Of a stretch of 64,000 nucleotides of DNA, positions 45,313 through 54,819 are shown piece after piece. The stretch lies in the sequence record LC739537.1; one strand, written 5' to 3'. Each line of letters opens with the position of its first letter. Position 1 is the stretch's first letter. The notes beneath the pieces were generated by a model. It saw nothing but the letters and a program-made list of their open reading frames with translations, did not search any database and had not been told where the DNA came from. Origin of the DNA: Escherichia phage phiWec188. Made by a program: the position numbers and the translations under genes.

Positions 45313-45685
45313 TTTCTTCCCCTCCCCCTTTTCCAATAAGCGGCGAAGCCGCGATCATCGACTTATAGACAACTTCGGCTGTTCGGGTTAGCCCCGTCCA
45401 GTCCTTCGCTGCCTCCAACATTTCTGGGGTAGGCTCTTTCGGGACCAAGACATACCCTTCTGGGATACACATTCCACTCGCTTTCTTTTCAGCTTCTTCC
45501 GACATAACTTGCCACACTCCGTAGCTGCAATTCTCGAACAAACAATAGAGTTCAGATCCTTCATCATCCACGACAATGAAACAGTTCTCATCTGCTACTT
45601 TGGCGTTGTAAATCCGACCTATGGTCAAATAGTCTCGGACATTAATAAACTTAGAGGCAAGAAACTTCACACGAATGTTTTTCAT
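45299..45685 (-). CDS. hypothetical protein (128 aa)
   Basis: GGAG RBS. Confidence 0.5.
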   Translation of the reverse strand: MKNIRVKFLASKFINVRDYLTIGRIYNAKVADENCFIVVDDEGSELYCLFENCSYGVWQVMSEEAEKKASGMCIPEGYVLVPKEPTPEMLEAAKDWTGLTRTAEVVYKSMIAASPLIGKGGGEENEVK

Positions 45686-45921
45686 TTCTTAAACTCCGAA
45701 AAGCAACCCAAAGAGATGACCCCGCCATTATAGACGATAGCAAACTGGCACCCTGTCTTTGTGTCTGTGATGATGTAATCTAAAGCCCCAGTCATGCCAG
45801 TTTGAACAAAGCGATCCTTGGTTACAACTTTTGAGTCCGAGAAGCCGTTAACTTCCGGCACAGTGTCTGCCATAACAGCAGGAGTCACCAGAAACAATGC
45901 GATCAGTAATGCCTTTTTCAT
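45682..45921 (-). CDS. small secreted protein with signal peptide (79 aa)
   Basis: MKKALLIALFLVTPAVMA|DT signal peptide; TGGAGGG RBS. Confidence 0.55.
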   Translation of the reverse strand: MKKALLIALFLVTPAVMADTVPEVNGFSDSKVVTKDRFVQTGMTGALDYIITDTKTGCQFAIVYNGGVISLGCFSEFKK

Positions 45922-45942
45922 AAACCCTCCAGTAACCTTTGG

Positions 45943-46257
45943 TTAGCCTTGAAATGAATTGCGACGACCAATACGGGCACAGCGATCACCTTCATAAGAG
46001 GTGAAATCCAAACTCACTCGGAAGCCAGGGTGGGTATCAGAGATCCCCACATTCTTCACCCACATCTCGAAACTGCCGATATGTAAGGTCATAATGTTTA
46101 CATACCATTCCAGCGTCACTTCTGTGCCGTCTACACCTGTGATGTAAAACTCACGAGCGAAATGGGTGTCGTGCTTCTCTTTCTGACGCTCATACTTAGC
46201 GATTGCACCTTTCTCAACAGCCGCTTTCAGGATCACTTCTAATTCTTCTATTTGCAT
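45943..46257 (-). CDS. hypothetical protein (104 aa)
   Basis: AGAGGAGAGAG RBS. Confidence 0.5.
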   Translation of the reverse strand: MQIEELEVILKAAVEKGAIAKYERQKEKHDTHFAREFYITGVDGTEVTLEWYVNIMTLHIGSFEMWVKNVGISDTHPGFRVSLDFTSYEGDRCARIGRRNSFQG

Positions 46258-46312
46258 GTTCTCTCTCCTCTTGTTGTTGATGCAATCACTATAATATGTC
46301 TGACACTCTCTG

Positions 46313-46528
46313 TCAAATGTTTTCTGCTTCCAGTACTACTCTCTGGATCTGCACATCATCAATGTTTGCAAGACAAGTCCCTAAGATAAGACCTGCTCGG
46401 AAAGGGGCTTGGAATTTGGACGAAGCTCCCACTCGGACAGAGTATTCCACACCACACATGGTGTAATCTACACGATACATATTCAAACCCATGAACATCA
46501 GTTCTTCTTCCGACTCTTCGATTTGCAT
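46313..46528 (-). CDS. hypothetical protein (71 aa)
   Basis: AAGAGGAGAT RBS. Confidence 0.5.
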   Translation of the reverse strand: MQIEESEEELMFMGLNMYRVDYTMCGVEYSVRVGASSKFQAPFRAGLILGTCLANIDDVQIQRVVLEAENI

Positions 46529-46540
46529 TTTTATCTCCTC

Positions 46541-47095
46541 TTAGTTCCAACTTATAATGATGTGTTTGATAATCCCAAAAATACTGTGCTCTGCGTTTGC
46601 CAACGTTACATCCAAACCTTTTGCACGTAACATTGTAGCTACAACATTTACCCCTCTTTTCTGTTCACTTATCTGCTCATAAGAAGAAGGGCTATTGCAC
46701 AAACCAAAACTGGAAGGTTCAAAGTATTTTTCAAACTTCCCTTGCTCCGCACAATCTTCGATCTCTAACAGAACGGAGTCTACCATCTCTGTAAAATGAG
46801 AATTTGCTTGCAGTGCTTTATTACGCAGTTTATCACGTAAACTTCCCACATACGCTTCCTGACCTTCTTCCTGCTCTTCTTCGTAAAAAGGATGAAGTTC
46901 AGCCCACTCCCAAACATCTCCCTCTAAAGCAAACGTGGTGTTGTAGTTGAAGAAGGTGCAACGTGGAAGTTCCCCGTTGAAAGAGTCCTTCAGCAAAATG
47001 TATTTCTTACCATTTGCGTGGAAGAGTTCTCCTTTGATAACCTTGCCTCTCTGGATATCGCTGTTGGTGGAACGGGTGCAGATAAACTGTTTCAT
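46541..47095 (-). CDS. hypothetical protein (184 aa)
   Basis: AGAGGAGAAAA RBS. Confidence 0.55.
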   Translation of the reverse strand: MKQFICTRSTNSDIQRGKVIKGELFHANGKKYILLKDSFNGELPRCTFFNYNTTFALEGDVWEWAELHPFYEEEQEEGQEAYVGSLRDKLRNKALQANSHFTEMVDSVLLEIEDCAEQGKFEKYFEPSSFGLCNSPSSYEQISEQKRGVNVVATMLRAKGLDVTLANAEHSIFGIIKHIIISWN

Positions 47096-47149
47096 GATTT
47101 TCTCCTCTCTGTTTCGATGAGATGATTATGCCAAAGACAGATCCTTCTG

Positions 47150-47470
47150 TCAACCAATTATTTCTTCTGCTACACGTTCTTTTACCCAGTTCACACGATC
47201 CACATTCAAATGACAACGGCTTTTTTCCGCTTCTAAGGTGTACTTTCCAAAATTACTATTGAAAGGCAACACCATAACCAAATCTTTGTGGTAGAACTGC
47301 TCATGCATTTCATCCAGTACAGGTTCGTATCGTTCGCTTTCTCCCATATCGTAAAAATCATAGAGGTTCGTGCACAAACCTGTGCAACGGGTGAACGGTT
47401 TACCTTCAGGAGCACCAGCTTCCAACCATGCCAAATACGTGCGGTAAAATGTTAATAGTTCTTCGCTCAT
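47150..47470 (-). CDS. family-A small protein, paralog 4 of 9 (106 aa)
   Basis: LLTFYRTYLAWLEAGAPEGKPF...TGLCTNL...LPFN...HLNVDRVNWVKERV; AAGGAGAG RBS. Confidence 0.55.
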   Translation of the reverse strand: MSEELLTFYRTYLAWLEAGAPEGKPFTRCTGLCTNLYDFYDMGESERYEPVLDEMHEQFYHKDLVMVLPFNSNFGKYTLEAEKSRCHLNVDRVNWVKERVAEEIIG

Positions 47471-47679
47471 TTCCACTCTCCTTCGTGATAGTAAACCTCA
47501 AAAGAATAGTAAGTGAACATGCTCATTGTAACACCTCCCATTTCTGGATCAACGGAAGTGTTGTTATATATGTCAACTACTGCCTGACCCGCTGCTTTGG
47601 CATGTGCTGCCGAATCACAGGCACAAACATCTTTCTCCCACGGAAACTTGCCATCATACTTAAGACGGACAATCCACAT
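47467..47679 (-). CDS. hypothetical protein (70 aa)
   Basis: GGAGGAATAAG RBS. Confidence 0.5.
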   Translation of the reverse strand: MWIVRLKYDGKFPWEKDVCACDSAAHAKAAGQAVVDIYNNTSVDPEMGGVTMSMFTYYSFEVYYHEGEWK

Positions 47680-47681
47680 GC

Positions 47682-47909
47682 TTATTCCTCCATCTCAAAC
47701 CATTCAGGGAACACTTTACGGAAGACACGGGTTGTTTCCAAAAGGAATTCCAATTCTTTTTCCAGATCTGCGTTCCAATCATGCACTTTAACATTGATCG
47801 CCAATGCACTTGCACGACGACTCAATTCTTGACAGATCGGGTCGCGCAACACTATTGAATCATAAAACTGACAAACAGCTTCAAGTTCATACCAATTATA
47901 AGCAGCCAT
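47682..47909 (-). CDS. hypothetical protein (75 aa)
   Basis: AGAGGAGGATG RBS. Confidence 0.5.
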   Translation of the reverse strand: MAAYNWYELEAVCQFYDSIVLRDPICQELSRRASALAINVKVHDWNADLEKELEFLLETTRVFRKVFPEWFEMEE

Positions 47910-48235
47910 TATTCATCCTCCTCTGCAATACGATCTCTCACCCAATTAATCCTGTCCACGTTCAGGTGACAGGCATCTGCGTCTGACTCTAAAACATATG
48001 CATCATAGTTCTCATTGAAAGGGAGTTCTTGACTCAACCCTTTATAGTGGAACTGCGCGTGCATTTCATCTGATAAGGTTGTTATAATAGGATTGTAATT
48101 ATCTCTGTGCACGTAATCGAACAAATTGGCACACAAACCACAATTTGGCAGAAACGGTCTACCGTAAGGGGCACCATCTTCGATCCAGGCAAGGTACTTT
48201 TTGTAAAACTTCATCAGATCTTTACTTGTTTTCAT
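47909..48235 (-). CDS. family-A small protein, paralog 5 of 9 (108 aa)
   Basis: LMKFYKKYLAWIEDGAPYGRPF...CGLCANL...LPFN...HLNVDRINWVRDRI. Confidence 0.55.
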   Translation of the reverse strand: MKTSKDLMKFYKKYLAWIEDGAPYGRPFLPNCGLCANLFDYVHRDNYNPIITTLSDEMHAQFHYKGLSQELPFNENYDAYVLESDADACHLNVDRINWVRDRIAEEDE

Positions 48236-48473
48236 TTAGCCACCTCGTCAGTTTTTCTTGCTCTTTGTTTGCGCGTTCTAAGCTTCTAAACTTTGAACAA
48301 AGGGAAAGAGTATCCATACCCATGCACAAGCTTTCATCTAAACTGTGCTCCCCGACCAACCAAAGAGAATATGTTTGAACATCTAACCCGTAGTTTCTGT
48401 CTTTCCATAATCTGACCCCAACAACATCAAAAGGCGCTTCCGCGACTAAAGAAAGAAACCGATCTTTATTCAT
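48222..48473 (-). CDS. hypothetical protein (83 aa)
   Basis: GAGGTGGTG RBS. Confidence 0.5.
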   Translation of the reverse strand: MNKDRFLSLVAEAPFDVVGVRLWKDRNYGLDVQTYSLWLVGEHSLDESLCMGMDTLSLCSKFRSLERANKEQEKLTRWLNENK

Positions 48474-48474
48474 G

Positions 48475-48819
48475 TTACACCACCTCTACCACATGAATGG
48501 ACACATCGTCACGGTAGTATTTATCATCCCCGTAAATCTGACCCAAACGTACACATGCGTCGTAGATAGAAAGGGCTGGGATCTGATAAGTTTTAATACT
48601 GCCGTTATCTTTTGTATATCGGATTTCGAAGAGACGCATCACATCTTCAGCTACCACCTCAAAAGTGGCGCACCCCATTCTCAACTCAATAACACAATCT
48701 GTTCCGTCATCACTATTGATCCAGTAGTAATCTACATCCTCGTCCGTATTTGTCACAGGGTATTGCTTACCAACAGTGAAATATGGAACGGAAGATGATA
48801 CGCACAAAAGTTTAGTCAT
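48475..48819 (-). CDS. hypothetical protein (114 aa)
   Basis: AAGGAGAGAAAA RBS at internal ATG. Confidence 0.5.
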   Translation of the reverse strand: MTKLLCVSSSVPYFTVGKQYPVTNTDEDVDYYWINSDDGTDCVIELRMGCATFEVVAEDVMRLFEIRYTKDNGSIKTYQIPALSIYDACVRLGQIYGDDKYYRDDVSIHVVEVV

Positions 48820-48879
48820 TTTTCTCTCCTTATTGTCTTGATGTGGTAAGCATACCATACAGAAATCAGGTGTCAAGCT

Positions 48880-49080
48880 TTATCGACACAGATAGTTGTA
48901 ACGATCTGCTTTATCCTCTGCTTCAGCAAAGTCAGCAATCAAGGAAGTTTTGAGTTCTTCCAACTCTTTCACCCAAGAGTCGTAATCACTCTGTGTTTCC
49001 CCAATGGTTTGGAGAAAACAATCGTCGTAGCCGATAGACATGGCTAACTCGATAATACGTTCCAGTTTTTCTTCCATCAT
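48880..49080 (-). CDS. hypothetical protein (66 aa)
   Basis: GAAGGAGAGAAA RBS. Confidence 0.5.
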   Translation of the reverse strand: MMEEKLERIIELAMSIGYDDCFLQTIGETQSDYDSWVKELEELKTSLIADFAEAEDKADRYNYLCR

Positions 49081-49601
49081 TTCTCTCCTTCTACAGATTC
49101 TTGCTTAATATGATAATAGGCACCCCGTGCCAGATACACTTCGTGTTCTACATCGCTGATCGGGAACCCATCAGGACTGGAAAGTCCTTGCTCAATAGTG
49201 AGAATAAGGCTTCGCAAACTAAGAGCCAGCAATTCTATACGTGCTTCAAGCACACGGTTGTGTTTACGAGAAATATCGTAGTTGCGCTGCGCTTCCTTCC
49301 ATTGTTCAACGGCATGTTCCAGACTACGGAGAAGGGTAGCTTTCTCCTGTTCAGCCTTAGATACTTCCCAGTTCACAGAAGTGTCAGCAGGAACAAGAAT
49401 GAAAGGTTCTTCTTTCTCTCCCACAATAGACCAACGCCCCAGCTTACTATCTTTCAATGTATCCCACGCATAGTCCCCATCGTCACAAGTAAATCGGAAT
49501 ACCTCTCCTTCCTTGTCCTCCCATTCAGCCTCGTAAGTTTTACCAGTGGTAACAAAGGAATGCTTAGAGAGACTACAGTAAACAGCGAATACCTTGCTCA
49601 T
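49077..49601 (-). CDS. hypothetical protein with central coiled coil (174 aa)
   Basis: GAGGAGG RBS. Confidence 0.55.
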   Translation of the reverse strand: MSKVFAVYCSLSKHSFVTTGKTYEAEWEDKEGEVFRFTCDDGDYAWDTLKDSKLGRWSIVGEKEEPFILVPADTSVNWEVSKAEQEKATLLRSLEHAVEQWKEAQRNYDISRKHNRVLEARIELLALSLRSLILTIEQGLSSPDGFPISDVEHEVYLARGAYYHIKQESVEGEK

Positions 49602-49843
49602 TCTACCTCCTCATTGGAGATTACAGACAAAGAGAGCGTAGCTAAACCTACAGAGATTGCTCGCCCCTCGTCAATAGCTTCGTTAATCATATAACTTACC
49701 AAACTGGTAGTGGCAAAATCACCATCTTCGGTAAGGCGAAACACTTCTTGATCCGGTTCGGTAATGAAAGGCAGAAGGTATTCTTTCTTTGTATCCAGGA
49801 AACGTACTACATGGAATAAACGGGTTTTATTTCCGTAAGACAT
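49598..49843 (-). CDS. hypothetical protein (81 aa)
   Basis: AAAGGAGAGAAAG RBS at internal ATG. Confidence 0.45.
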   Translation of the reverse strand: MSYGNKTRLFHVVRFLDTKKEYLLPFITEPDQEVFRLTEDGDFATTSLVSYMINEAIDEGRAISVGLATLSLSVISNEEVE

Positions 49844-50108
49844 TCTTTCTCTCCTTTGCTTTGGGATACTCCCAACCCTCTGGGAGATCTTCGTTAAGCA
49901 TCCACTCAAAAGGCCAGCGACAATAGCTATGCCACTTTCCATCCAAGTAGAGGCAATCTTCATCTACTGGTCCACAAGGATTGATAACTACAACACACCC
50001 TTTTGCTCGCCAATACTGAACTATTTCAGGGTAAAAACAAGAAACGTCAGTCCACTCCCAAACACGTTCATCATTCAGACGATATGCTGCTGGTAATGTT
50101 TCTTTCAT
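49827..50108 (-). CDS. hypothetical Cys/Trp-rich protein (93 aa)
   Basis: start placed just downstream of stop of 50113 gene; weak RBS. Confidence 0.4.
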   Translation of the reverse strand: MKETLPAAYRLNDERVWEWTDVSCFYPEIVQYWRAKGCVVVINPCGPVDEDCLYLDGKWHSYCRWPFEWMLNEDLPEGWEYPKAKERKNVLRK

Positions 50109-50112
50109 AGTA

Positions 50113-50559
50113 TTAAACCTGAACCAAGGAATCACGCCAATCTTTACTGCTACCCACGCCAAGGAAGTAATAGTCTGAGGTACTAACAGAAGTACGCCAA
50201 GCATGAATCCAATCAGGAACCTCCGGCTTATGGCTGTAGCCATAGCGATCACCACTTGAGTCTGTTGCGATGTAATTGACAAACTCTGGCACATCTAAAG
50301 TTTCACCTTGATACTCTACACGCTTGAAGCCATCTTCCACTTGTTCCTCCCCTTCCACCAGAAGGGCAAGAAGCTGAATATGTGGACAAGTGAAGTCTTG
50401 CCCTGGATAACGGGAGCGAATATCTGTTAACAGTGCGATCACTGCCTTCGACAGGGTTTCATAATCTTCATACTTCACATATGTCCCTTCTGTCGGATCA
50501 TCCGAACACATAAGCCAAGCGTCGTTGGGATTTACACCATAATGTTTCACTTTACTCAT
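50113..50559 (-). CDS. hypothetical protein (148 aa)
   Basis: GTAGGAGGTTTAA RBS. Confidence 0.55.
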   Translation of the reverse strand: MSKVKHYGVNPNDAWLMCSDDPTEGTYVKYEDYETLSKAVIALLTDIRSRYPGQDFTCPHIQLLALLVEGEEQVEDGFKRVEYQGETLDVPEFVNYIATDSSGDRYGYSHKPEVPDWIHAWRTSVSTSDYYFLGVGSSKDWRDSLVQV

Positions 50560-50640
50560 TTAAACCTCCTACTCGTACATTAAGAAACCTAAAATAATAA
50601 TCAGGACAACGAAAATAATAGTCTCTATCATACCACATTC

Positions 50641-50853
50641 TCACTTATTCATAGAAGCAGGAAGAATCGAGTGACACTTCCTGCACACTTTCACTTTAAC
50701 AAGATTATCACTACATTCTGCGTAAATCAAGGCTTCTTTCAACTTATTCCCACATGAACAATACCCTGTTAGGTCCAGAGGAACATCAAAAAGCCCATAA
50801 TCACTCTCATATTGCTTTTCACACAACGAAATAACTCTTGTAAAGTAAGACAT
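50641..50853 (-). CDS. small Cys-rich protein (70 aa)
   Basis: GAAGGATAGG RBS; CSCG...CRKCH. Confidence 0.5.
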   Translation of the reverse strand: MSYFTRVISLCEKQYESDYGLFDVPLDLTGYCSCGNKLKEALIYAECSDNLVKVKVCRKCHSILPASMNK

Positions 50854-50856
50854 TTC

Positions 50857-51012
50857 CTATCCTTCTGCTTGATTAATTAATTCTTTACACCTTAAGGCAA
50901 ACTCTCGTGTAGACTGGAAGTGGACGTAAGCTGTTGACCACTTTTGGAGTTCTTCTCTACCAAGGGCTATCAACTCTTTATCTGTAAGTTTCATAGCTTC
51001 TTGTACTGTCAT
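50857..51012 (-). CDS. small ORF (51 aa)
   Basis: GAGGAATAACGCG RBS; below ORF-track cutoff. Confidence 0.35.
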   Translation of the reverse strand: MTVQEAMKLTDKELIALGREELQKWSTAYVHFQSTREFALRCKELINQAEG

Positions 51013-51016
51013 CGCG

Positions 51017-51238
51017 TTATTCCTCGATCACTTCCACATCCCAAGAGAAGAATACATAGTCGCAACCTTCCCAAACATCATCTTCCAGGATCTCACAACC
51101 TTCCACTTTAGCCATCTCCTCTTGGGAAACGAAGAATGTTTGCAAATCATCGCTGAAAAGGTGTGCTTCAACAACAAAAGGAAGTTGAACATTTTCAAAA
51201 CCTACGTAACCTGTAACATCGATAACTTTAATCTTCAT
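51017..51238 (-). CDS. hypothetical acidic protein (73 aa)
   Basis: AAAGGAGAACC RBS. Confidence 0.5.
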   Translation of the reverse strand: MKIKVIDVTGYVGFENVQLPFVVEAHLFSDDLQTFFVSQEEMAKVEGCEILEDDVWEGCDYVFFSWDVEVIEE

Positions 51239-51429
51239 GAGGGTTCTCCTTTATAAAGTAAACCTCTTAGTTCACATTCCGCAACCAATAGACGGTTAGC
51301 TTGATTGTCCATAGACACGTCTATCTCCACACTCCAAGCATTAATATACACTTCGTTGATCTTTGCGTCAAGCATTTGTGCAACTAAAGCTACCGCTCCG
51401 GCGTACTCCAGTTTAATCTCTATAATCAT
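51235..51429 (-). CDS. hypothetical protein (64 aa)
   Basis: AAGGGA RBS at second ATG. Confidence 0.45.
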   Translation of the reverse strand: MIIEIKLEYAGAVALVAQMLDAKINEVYINAWSVEIDVSMDNQANRLLVAECELRGLLYKGEPS

Positions 51430-51713
51430 TTGAGATGATCCCTTACCCATTGGATACGGACAGCATTGAGATGAGAACCATCTTCCTTATACTCTCTCGC
51501 GTAATCATCCCAATCTTTATTGAACGGGAGTTCTGGGTCCAACCCCGCAGCTTCGAACTGCTTTGACATTTCATATAGCAAATCATCATCACAATAACCG
51601 AAGAAATAGAGATTAGTGCATAAACCCCATTCACGGCGGAAAGGATTGCCGTCTGGCGCTCCCGCGTCCACCCAATCTGCGTAAGCTTGATAGAACTCTC
51701 GTAATGTTTTCAT
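51426..51713 (-). CDS. family-A small protein, paralog 6 of 9 (95 aa)
   Basis: LREFYQAYADWVDAGAPDGNPF...WGLCTNL...LPFN...HLNAVRIQWVRDHL. Confidence 0.55.
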   Translation of the reverse strand: MKTLREFYQAYADWVDAGAPDGNPFRREWGLCTNLYFFGYCDDDLLYEMSKQFEAAGLDPELPFNKDWDDYAREYKEDGSHLNAVRIQWVRDHLK

Positions 51714-52066
51714 CGTTTAATGTTCTCCATCAAAAATTTGATAGCCTCTGCCTGGTCTTGACGGTGATCCAGGTACTCTTTATCCCAATTTATATTGTAA
51801 CCGCCCTGAATACAAGGGTGAATGACCCCACGAATCAGATCGTAGTTATCAATCAGACGGATAACCTTAATATCATCGATCAGAATCCTCCAACCTGGCG
51901 GCAAATCTACAGGAACGCCGAGAAACAATGGCAGATCCTTCGCAGGTTCTTGATAAAGAGCGATCAGGTCTTCCAGGGTTTCAATTAAAAGCTGTGCAGT
52001 GACCGATGGATTTGAGAGGCTCATATAAGCATCACGTAGGTTTTCGTAGTAAGCTAATGTTTTCAT
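51710..52066 (-). CDS. hypothetical protein (118 aa)
   Basis: AAAGGAGAAAACC RBS at internal ATG. Confidence 0.5.
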   Translation of the reverse strand: MKTLAYYENLRDAYMSLSNPSVTAQLLIETLEDLIALYQEPAKDLPLFLGVPVDLPPGWRILIDDIKVIRLIDNYDLIRGVIHPCIQGGYNINWDKEYLDHRQDQAEAIKFLMENIKR

Positions 52067-52374
52067 TGGTTTTCTCCTTTTTCTAAGTGGTTTCTTACCC
52101 AAGCAATACGATTAAGGTCAAGGTGCATGTTGTTTTGGTCCAAACATAAATCAAAAGCTTCTTCCCCGAAAGGATAGGCAGCAGAGAGTCCCGCATCTTC
52201 AAACTGATCGGCAAGTTGACGCTCTAAGCGAGTAAGTATCGAGATATTGTCAGCGCCAGTGTAATATCGAAGATTGCTACACAGCCCTACACCACGGGAG
52301 AAAGGTCGGTAAGGCGGAGCGCCATTATCTAACCAATCTGCGTATGCCTTGTAATACCCTTCTAATGTTTTCAT
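52063..52374 (-). CDS. family-A small protein, paralog 7 of 9 (103 aa)
   Basis: LEGYYKAYADWLDNGAPPYRPF...VGLCSNL...YPFG...HLDLNRIAWVRNHL; AAGGGGTGG RBS. Confidence 0.55.
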   Translation of the reverse strand: MKTLEGYYKAYADWLDNGAPPYRPFSRGVGLCSNLRYYTGADNISILTRLERQLADQFEDAGLSAAYPFGEEAFDLCLDQNNMHLDLNRIAWVRNHLEKGENQ

Positions 52375-52529
52375 AACCACCCCTTATCTTGATAACCTTT
52401 AGAAAACCCTTCTTCCCACTCTTGAAACTTTTCAGGATGTTTATTGGGATCGTAAGGATTGTGGCGGCAAAACATACCGAATTTATAACCCTGTGCGTAG
52501 CCTTTATCGAATGCGTTCTTACTCTCCAT
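52371..52529 (-). CDS. small ORF (52 aa)
   Basis: GAGGAGAGAACA RBS; stop overlaps next ATG (ATGA). Confidence 0.4.
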   Translation of the reverse strand: MESKNAFDKGYAQGYKFGMFCRHNPYDPNKHPEKFQEWEEGFSKGYQDKGWL

Positions 52530-52541
52530 TGTTCTCTCCTC

Positions 52542-52814
52542 TTATTCAACGTTCCAGAAAACACCACGTTTGTCTGTAATGTCTATATGATACTCCTCCC
52601 ACATCTTAGTTACAAGAGGTCTTTCCACATAACCATGAAAATAAACTTCAGAATGCACCCCGTAAGCTGTGTAATTGTCAACAGTCCCTTCTACCTTGAA
52701 GATCACCATGTCCCCACCTAAAAATCTTTCAAAGACCAAGGTGAAACAGTCGAACTTAACAACGTCTCCCTCGAAGAGGGAGATATCTTTCACCTTACAG
52801 AAATGTCCGATCAT
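52542..52814 (-). CDS. hypothetical protein (90 aa)
   Basis: AAGGAGAGAAAA RBS. Confidence 0.5.
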   Translation of the reverse strand: MIGHFCKVKDISLFEGDVVKFDCFTLVFERFLGGDMVIFKVEGTVDNYTAYGVHSEVYFHGYVERPLVTKMWEEYHIDITDKRGVFWNVE

Positions 52815-52823
52815 TTTCTCTCC

Positions 52824-53015
52824 TTAATACACATCACCTACAAACCAGATTTCTGGATCGCCATACTGATCCTTCTCGTAAGATTTGTAGACACTACAGC
52901 AATATTTCAAAACACCGTCCACAAGGATTGTTGATCTTTCTTCTGGAATCTCTGTGATCTCCCCTTTACGGGTTTCGAAGATGGTATCACCCTTTTCAAT
53001 CAGTCGGATTTTCAT
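52824..53015 (-). CDS. hypothetical protein (63 aa)
   Basis: GAAGGAGGCATG RBS. Confidence 0.5.
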   Translation of the reverse strand: MKIRLIEKGDTIFETRKGEITEIPEERSTILVDGVLKYCCSVYKSYEKDQYGDPEIWFVGDVY

Positions 53016-53016
53016 A

Positions 53017-53214
53017 TCATGCCTCCTTCAGTGCGATTAGTGCGTTCACCAGATTATCAACACCTTGATCATCCAGTGCAATAACATCAAAGTTAAACCC
53101 TGTATCAGTTGGTACTTTACGTGTTATGGTGTAATAGTCCCCTGCATGACGTTCAACATATGCGTATGGGTAACTGGTGTTCGGATCATGTTTTACGCGA
53201 ATAGATGTTTTCAT
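53017..53214 (-). CDS. hypothetical protein (65 aa)
   Basis: AGAGGAGAACAAAAC RBS. Confidence 0.5.
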   Translation of the reverse strand: MKTSIRVKHDPNTSYPYAYVERHAGDYYTITRKVPTDTGFNFDVIALDDQGVDNLVNALIALKEA

Positions 53215-53684
53215 GTTTTGTTCTCCTCTTTAGTTGCAACACGGAACTTATTAGCTTCTCTCACCTGGAACATGAAGTCTTTCTTCTTCATAATCCCGAT
53301 GGACATTTCATCCAGTTCTTCTGGGTGGATCTGGAGATTACGGCGATCAGACAGGAACCAAGTTTTCTCCCACCAGAAGCGTTGATCCTCTTCTTCGTGA
53401 TACCTGTATGCCTCTTTCTCTTCTTCGGTGAGAAGTTTGAAGCGATTCTTTCCTTCCCAACGCATTGCTGTGTTAAAAGGAATACCGTTATCCCCATTAT
53501 ACACTGCGGAAGTAGGAAGGCAATAGCCAGTTTCTGCGTCGATCATTTGGTAGTGAAATTCACATCCCAGTTCAACGTACTCTAAATCCCCATAAAAATC
53601 ACTGATCAAGAAAGCAATGTAAGTTTCACCATGTTCGGGAACAAATTCTTGCTTTGTCAACATTTCCAGTTTCAAACCTGCCAT
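53211..53684 (-). CDS. hypothetical protein (157 aa)
   Basis: AAAGGAGAAAGC RBS. Confidence 0.55.
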   Translation of the reverse strand: MAGLKLEMLTKQEFVPEHGETYIAFLISDFYGDLEYVELGCEFHYQMIDAETGYCLPTSAVYNGDNGIPFNTAMRWEGKNRFKLLTEEEKEAYRYHEEEDQRFWWEKTWFLSDRRNLQIHPEELDEMSIGIMKKKDFMFQVREANKFRVATKEENKT

Positions 53685-53696
53685 TGCTTTCTCCTT

Positions 53697-53930
53697 TTAG
53701 TCGAACCAGTTATATTCGGAAGGGTAACGCGCATAGTTTGGCTTATACCCCAGCCTTTTCATCTTAACAGACATACGAGTGAAGCCAAAGGTTTTTTTGC
53801 CCTTAGACATAAACTTCTTCCCACTCTTCATTGGCTTCTTAGGATCTTTGATCGTCTGGTTTAACGCTCGCGCAAGCCACAAAGTGTATGCGCTCGGCAC
53901 TTGATTAACTTTCATCTTGTTACCTTTCAT
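53697..53930 (-). CDS. small lysine-rich basic protein (77 aa)
   Basis: GGAGGTGAAATA RBS at internal ATG; K-rich, possible nucleic-acid binder. Confidence 0.45.
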   Translation of the reverse strand: MKGNKMKVNQVPSAYTLWLARALNQTIKDPKKPMKSGKKFMSKGKKTFGFTRMSVKMKRLGYKPNYARYPSEYNWFD

Positions 53931-54229
53931 TATTTCACCTCCGACCAATCAACAGTGATCCACTCATATGCTCCATCAGAGTCCATTTCTCTATAAACAA
54001 CAAGCCCACGCTCACGAAGAATTGCTACTGCTTCATCCATCCACTTCACTTGATTGGAGATCGCCTCTGGATGGATAGGCGAATTAGCCAAACCAAAATC
54101 AGAGGGCGTGAAATTCTTTGAGAAGTTTCCCGCCCGTGCTTCAGAAAAACAGGTTTCAATCACCTCTTCAATAGGGAATTGGAAGGAAGCCTCTTTTGCA
54201 ATACGGCGCAGTTGATCAGTCAAATTCAT
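53930..54229 (-). CDS. hypothetical protein (99 aa)
   Basis: GAGAGGAGAAATG RBS. Confidence 0.5.
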   Translation of the reverse strand: MNLTDQLRRIAKEASFQFPIEEVIETCFSEARAGNFSKNFTPSDFGLANSPIHPEAISNQVKWMDEAVAILRERGLVVYREMDSDGAYEWITVDWSEVK

Positions 54230-54294
54230 TTCATTTCTCCTCTCATTTGTGTATGCAATGATTATCTACCAACGTGATCCTTATGTCAAGCTAT

Positions 54295-54807
54295 TTATTC
54301 AAAATAAACTTTAACTTGTGCCGTGCTGTAGCGATTGTAAATCTCAACCACGGCTTTAGCGTTATCTTCTTTATAGGATTGTGCCAGATCTTCCGCATCT
54401 CGGATATTTCCGGCAACACCCACGAGAACAAGATCCACCATTACAAGATATTTTTTATCTTCTGGACTCTCTTGAGAAGGCTCTTGTACTGGCTCTTCCT
54501 TTGGTTCTGGTGGCAAACCAACCTCTGCCTCAACATAAGAGTCAAACCAAGTGATATCGTTAAAATGCTTTAACTCATGTTTGGACAGCAACATACCACA
54601 ATCAACGAAAGCACCTGCATTAGCTTCAAAGACATGTCCTTCAAATGTTTGGAACTTAACCACATCCCCTTTTTCTGTTGTCTCCAACACCAGGAAGTGT
54701 TTTGGACCCAGCAGATCTGAAATCTTACGGTTCAGATTGACAGCTTCACGGAACGCATTGTACTCTTTTGTATTTTTGAATTTATAGGAATGCCCTTGAA
54801 TAAACAT
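54295..54807 (-). CDS. hypothetical protein, paralog pair C member 1 (170 aa)
   Basis: AGAGGAGACTATT RBS; shares N-terminal MF..G..Y.F, Pro-rich linker and C-terminal ...VEIYNRYSTAQVKVYFE with next gene. Confidence 0.55.
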   Translation of the reverse strand: MFIQGHSYKFKNTKEYNAFREAVNLNRKISDLLGPKHFLVLETTEKGDVVKFQTFEGHVFEANAGAFVDCGMLLSKHELKHFNDITWFDSYVEAEVGLPPEPKEEPVQEPSQESPEDKKYLVMVDLVLVGVAGNIRDAEDLAQSYKEDNAKAVVEIYNRYSTAQVKVYFE

Positions 54808-54819
54808 AATAGTCTCCTC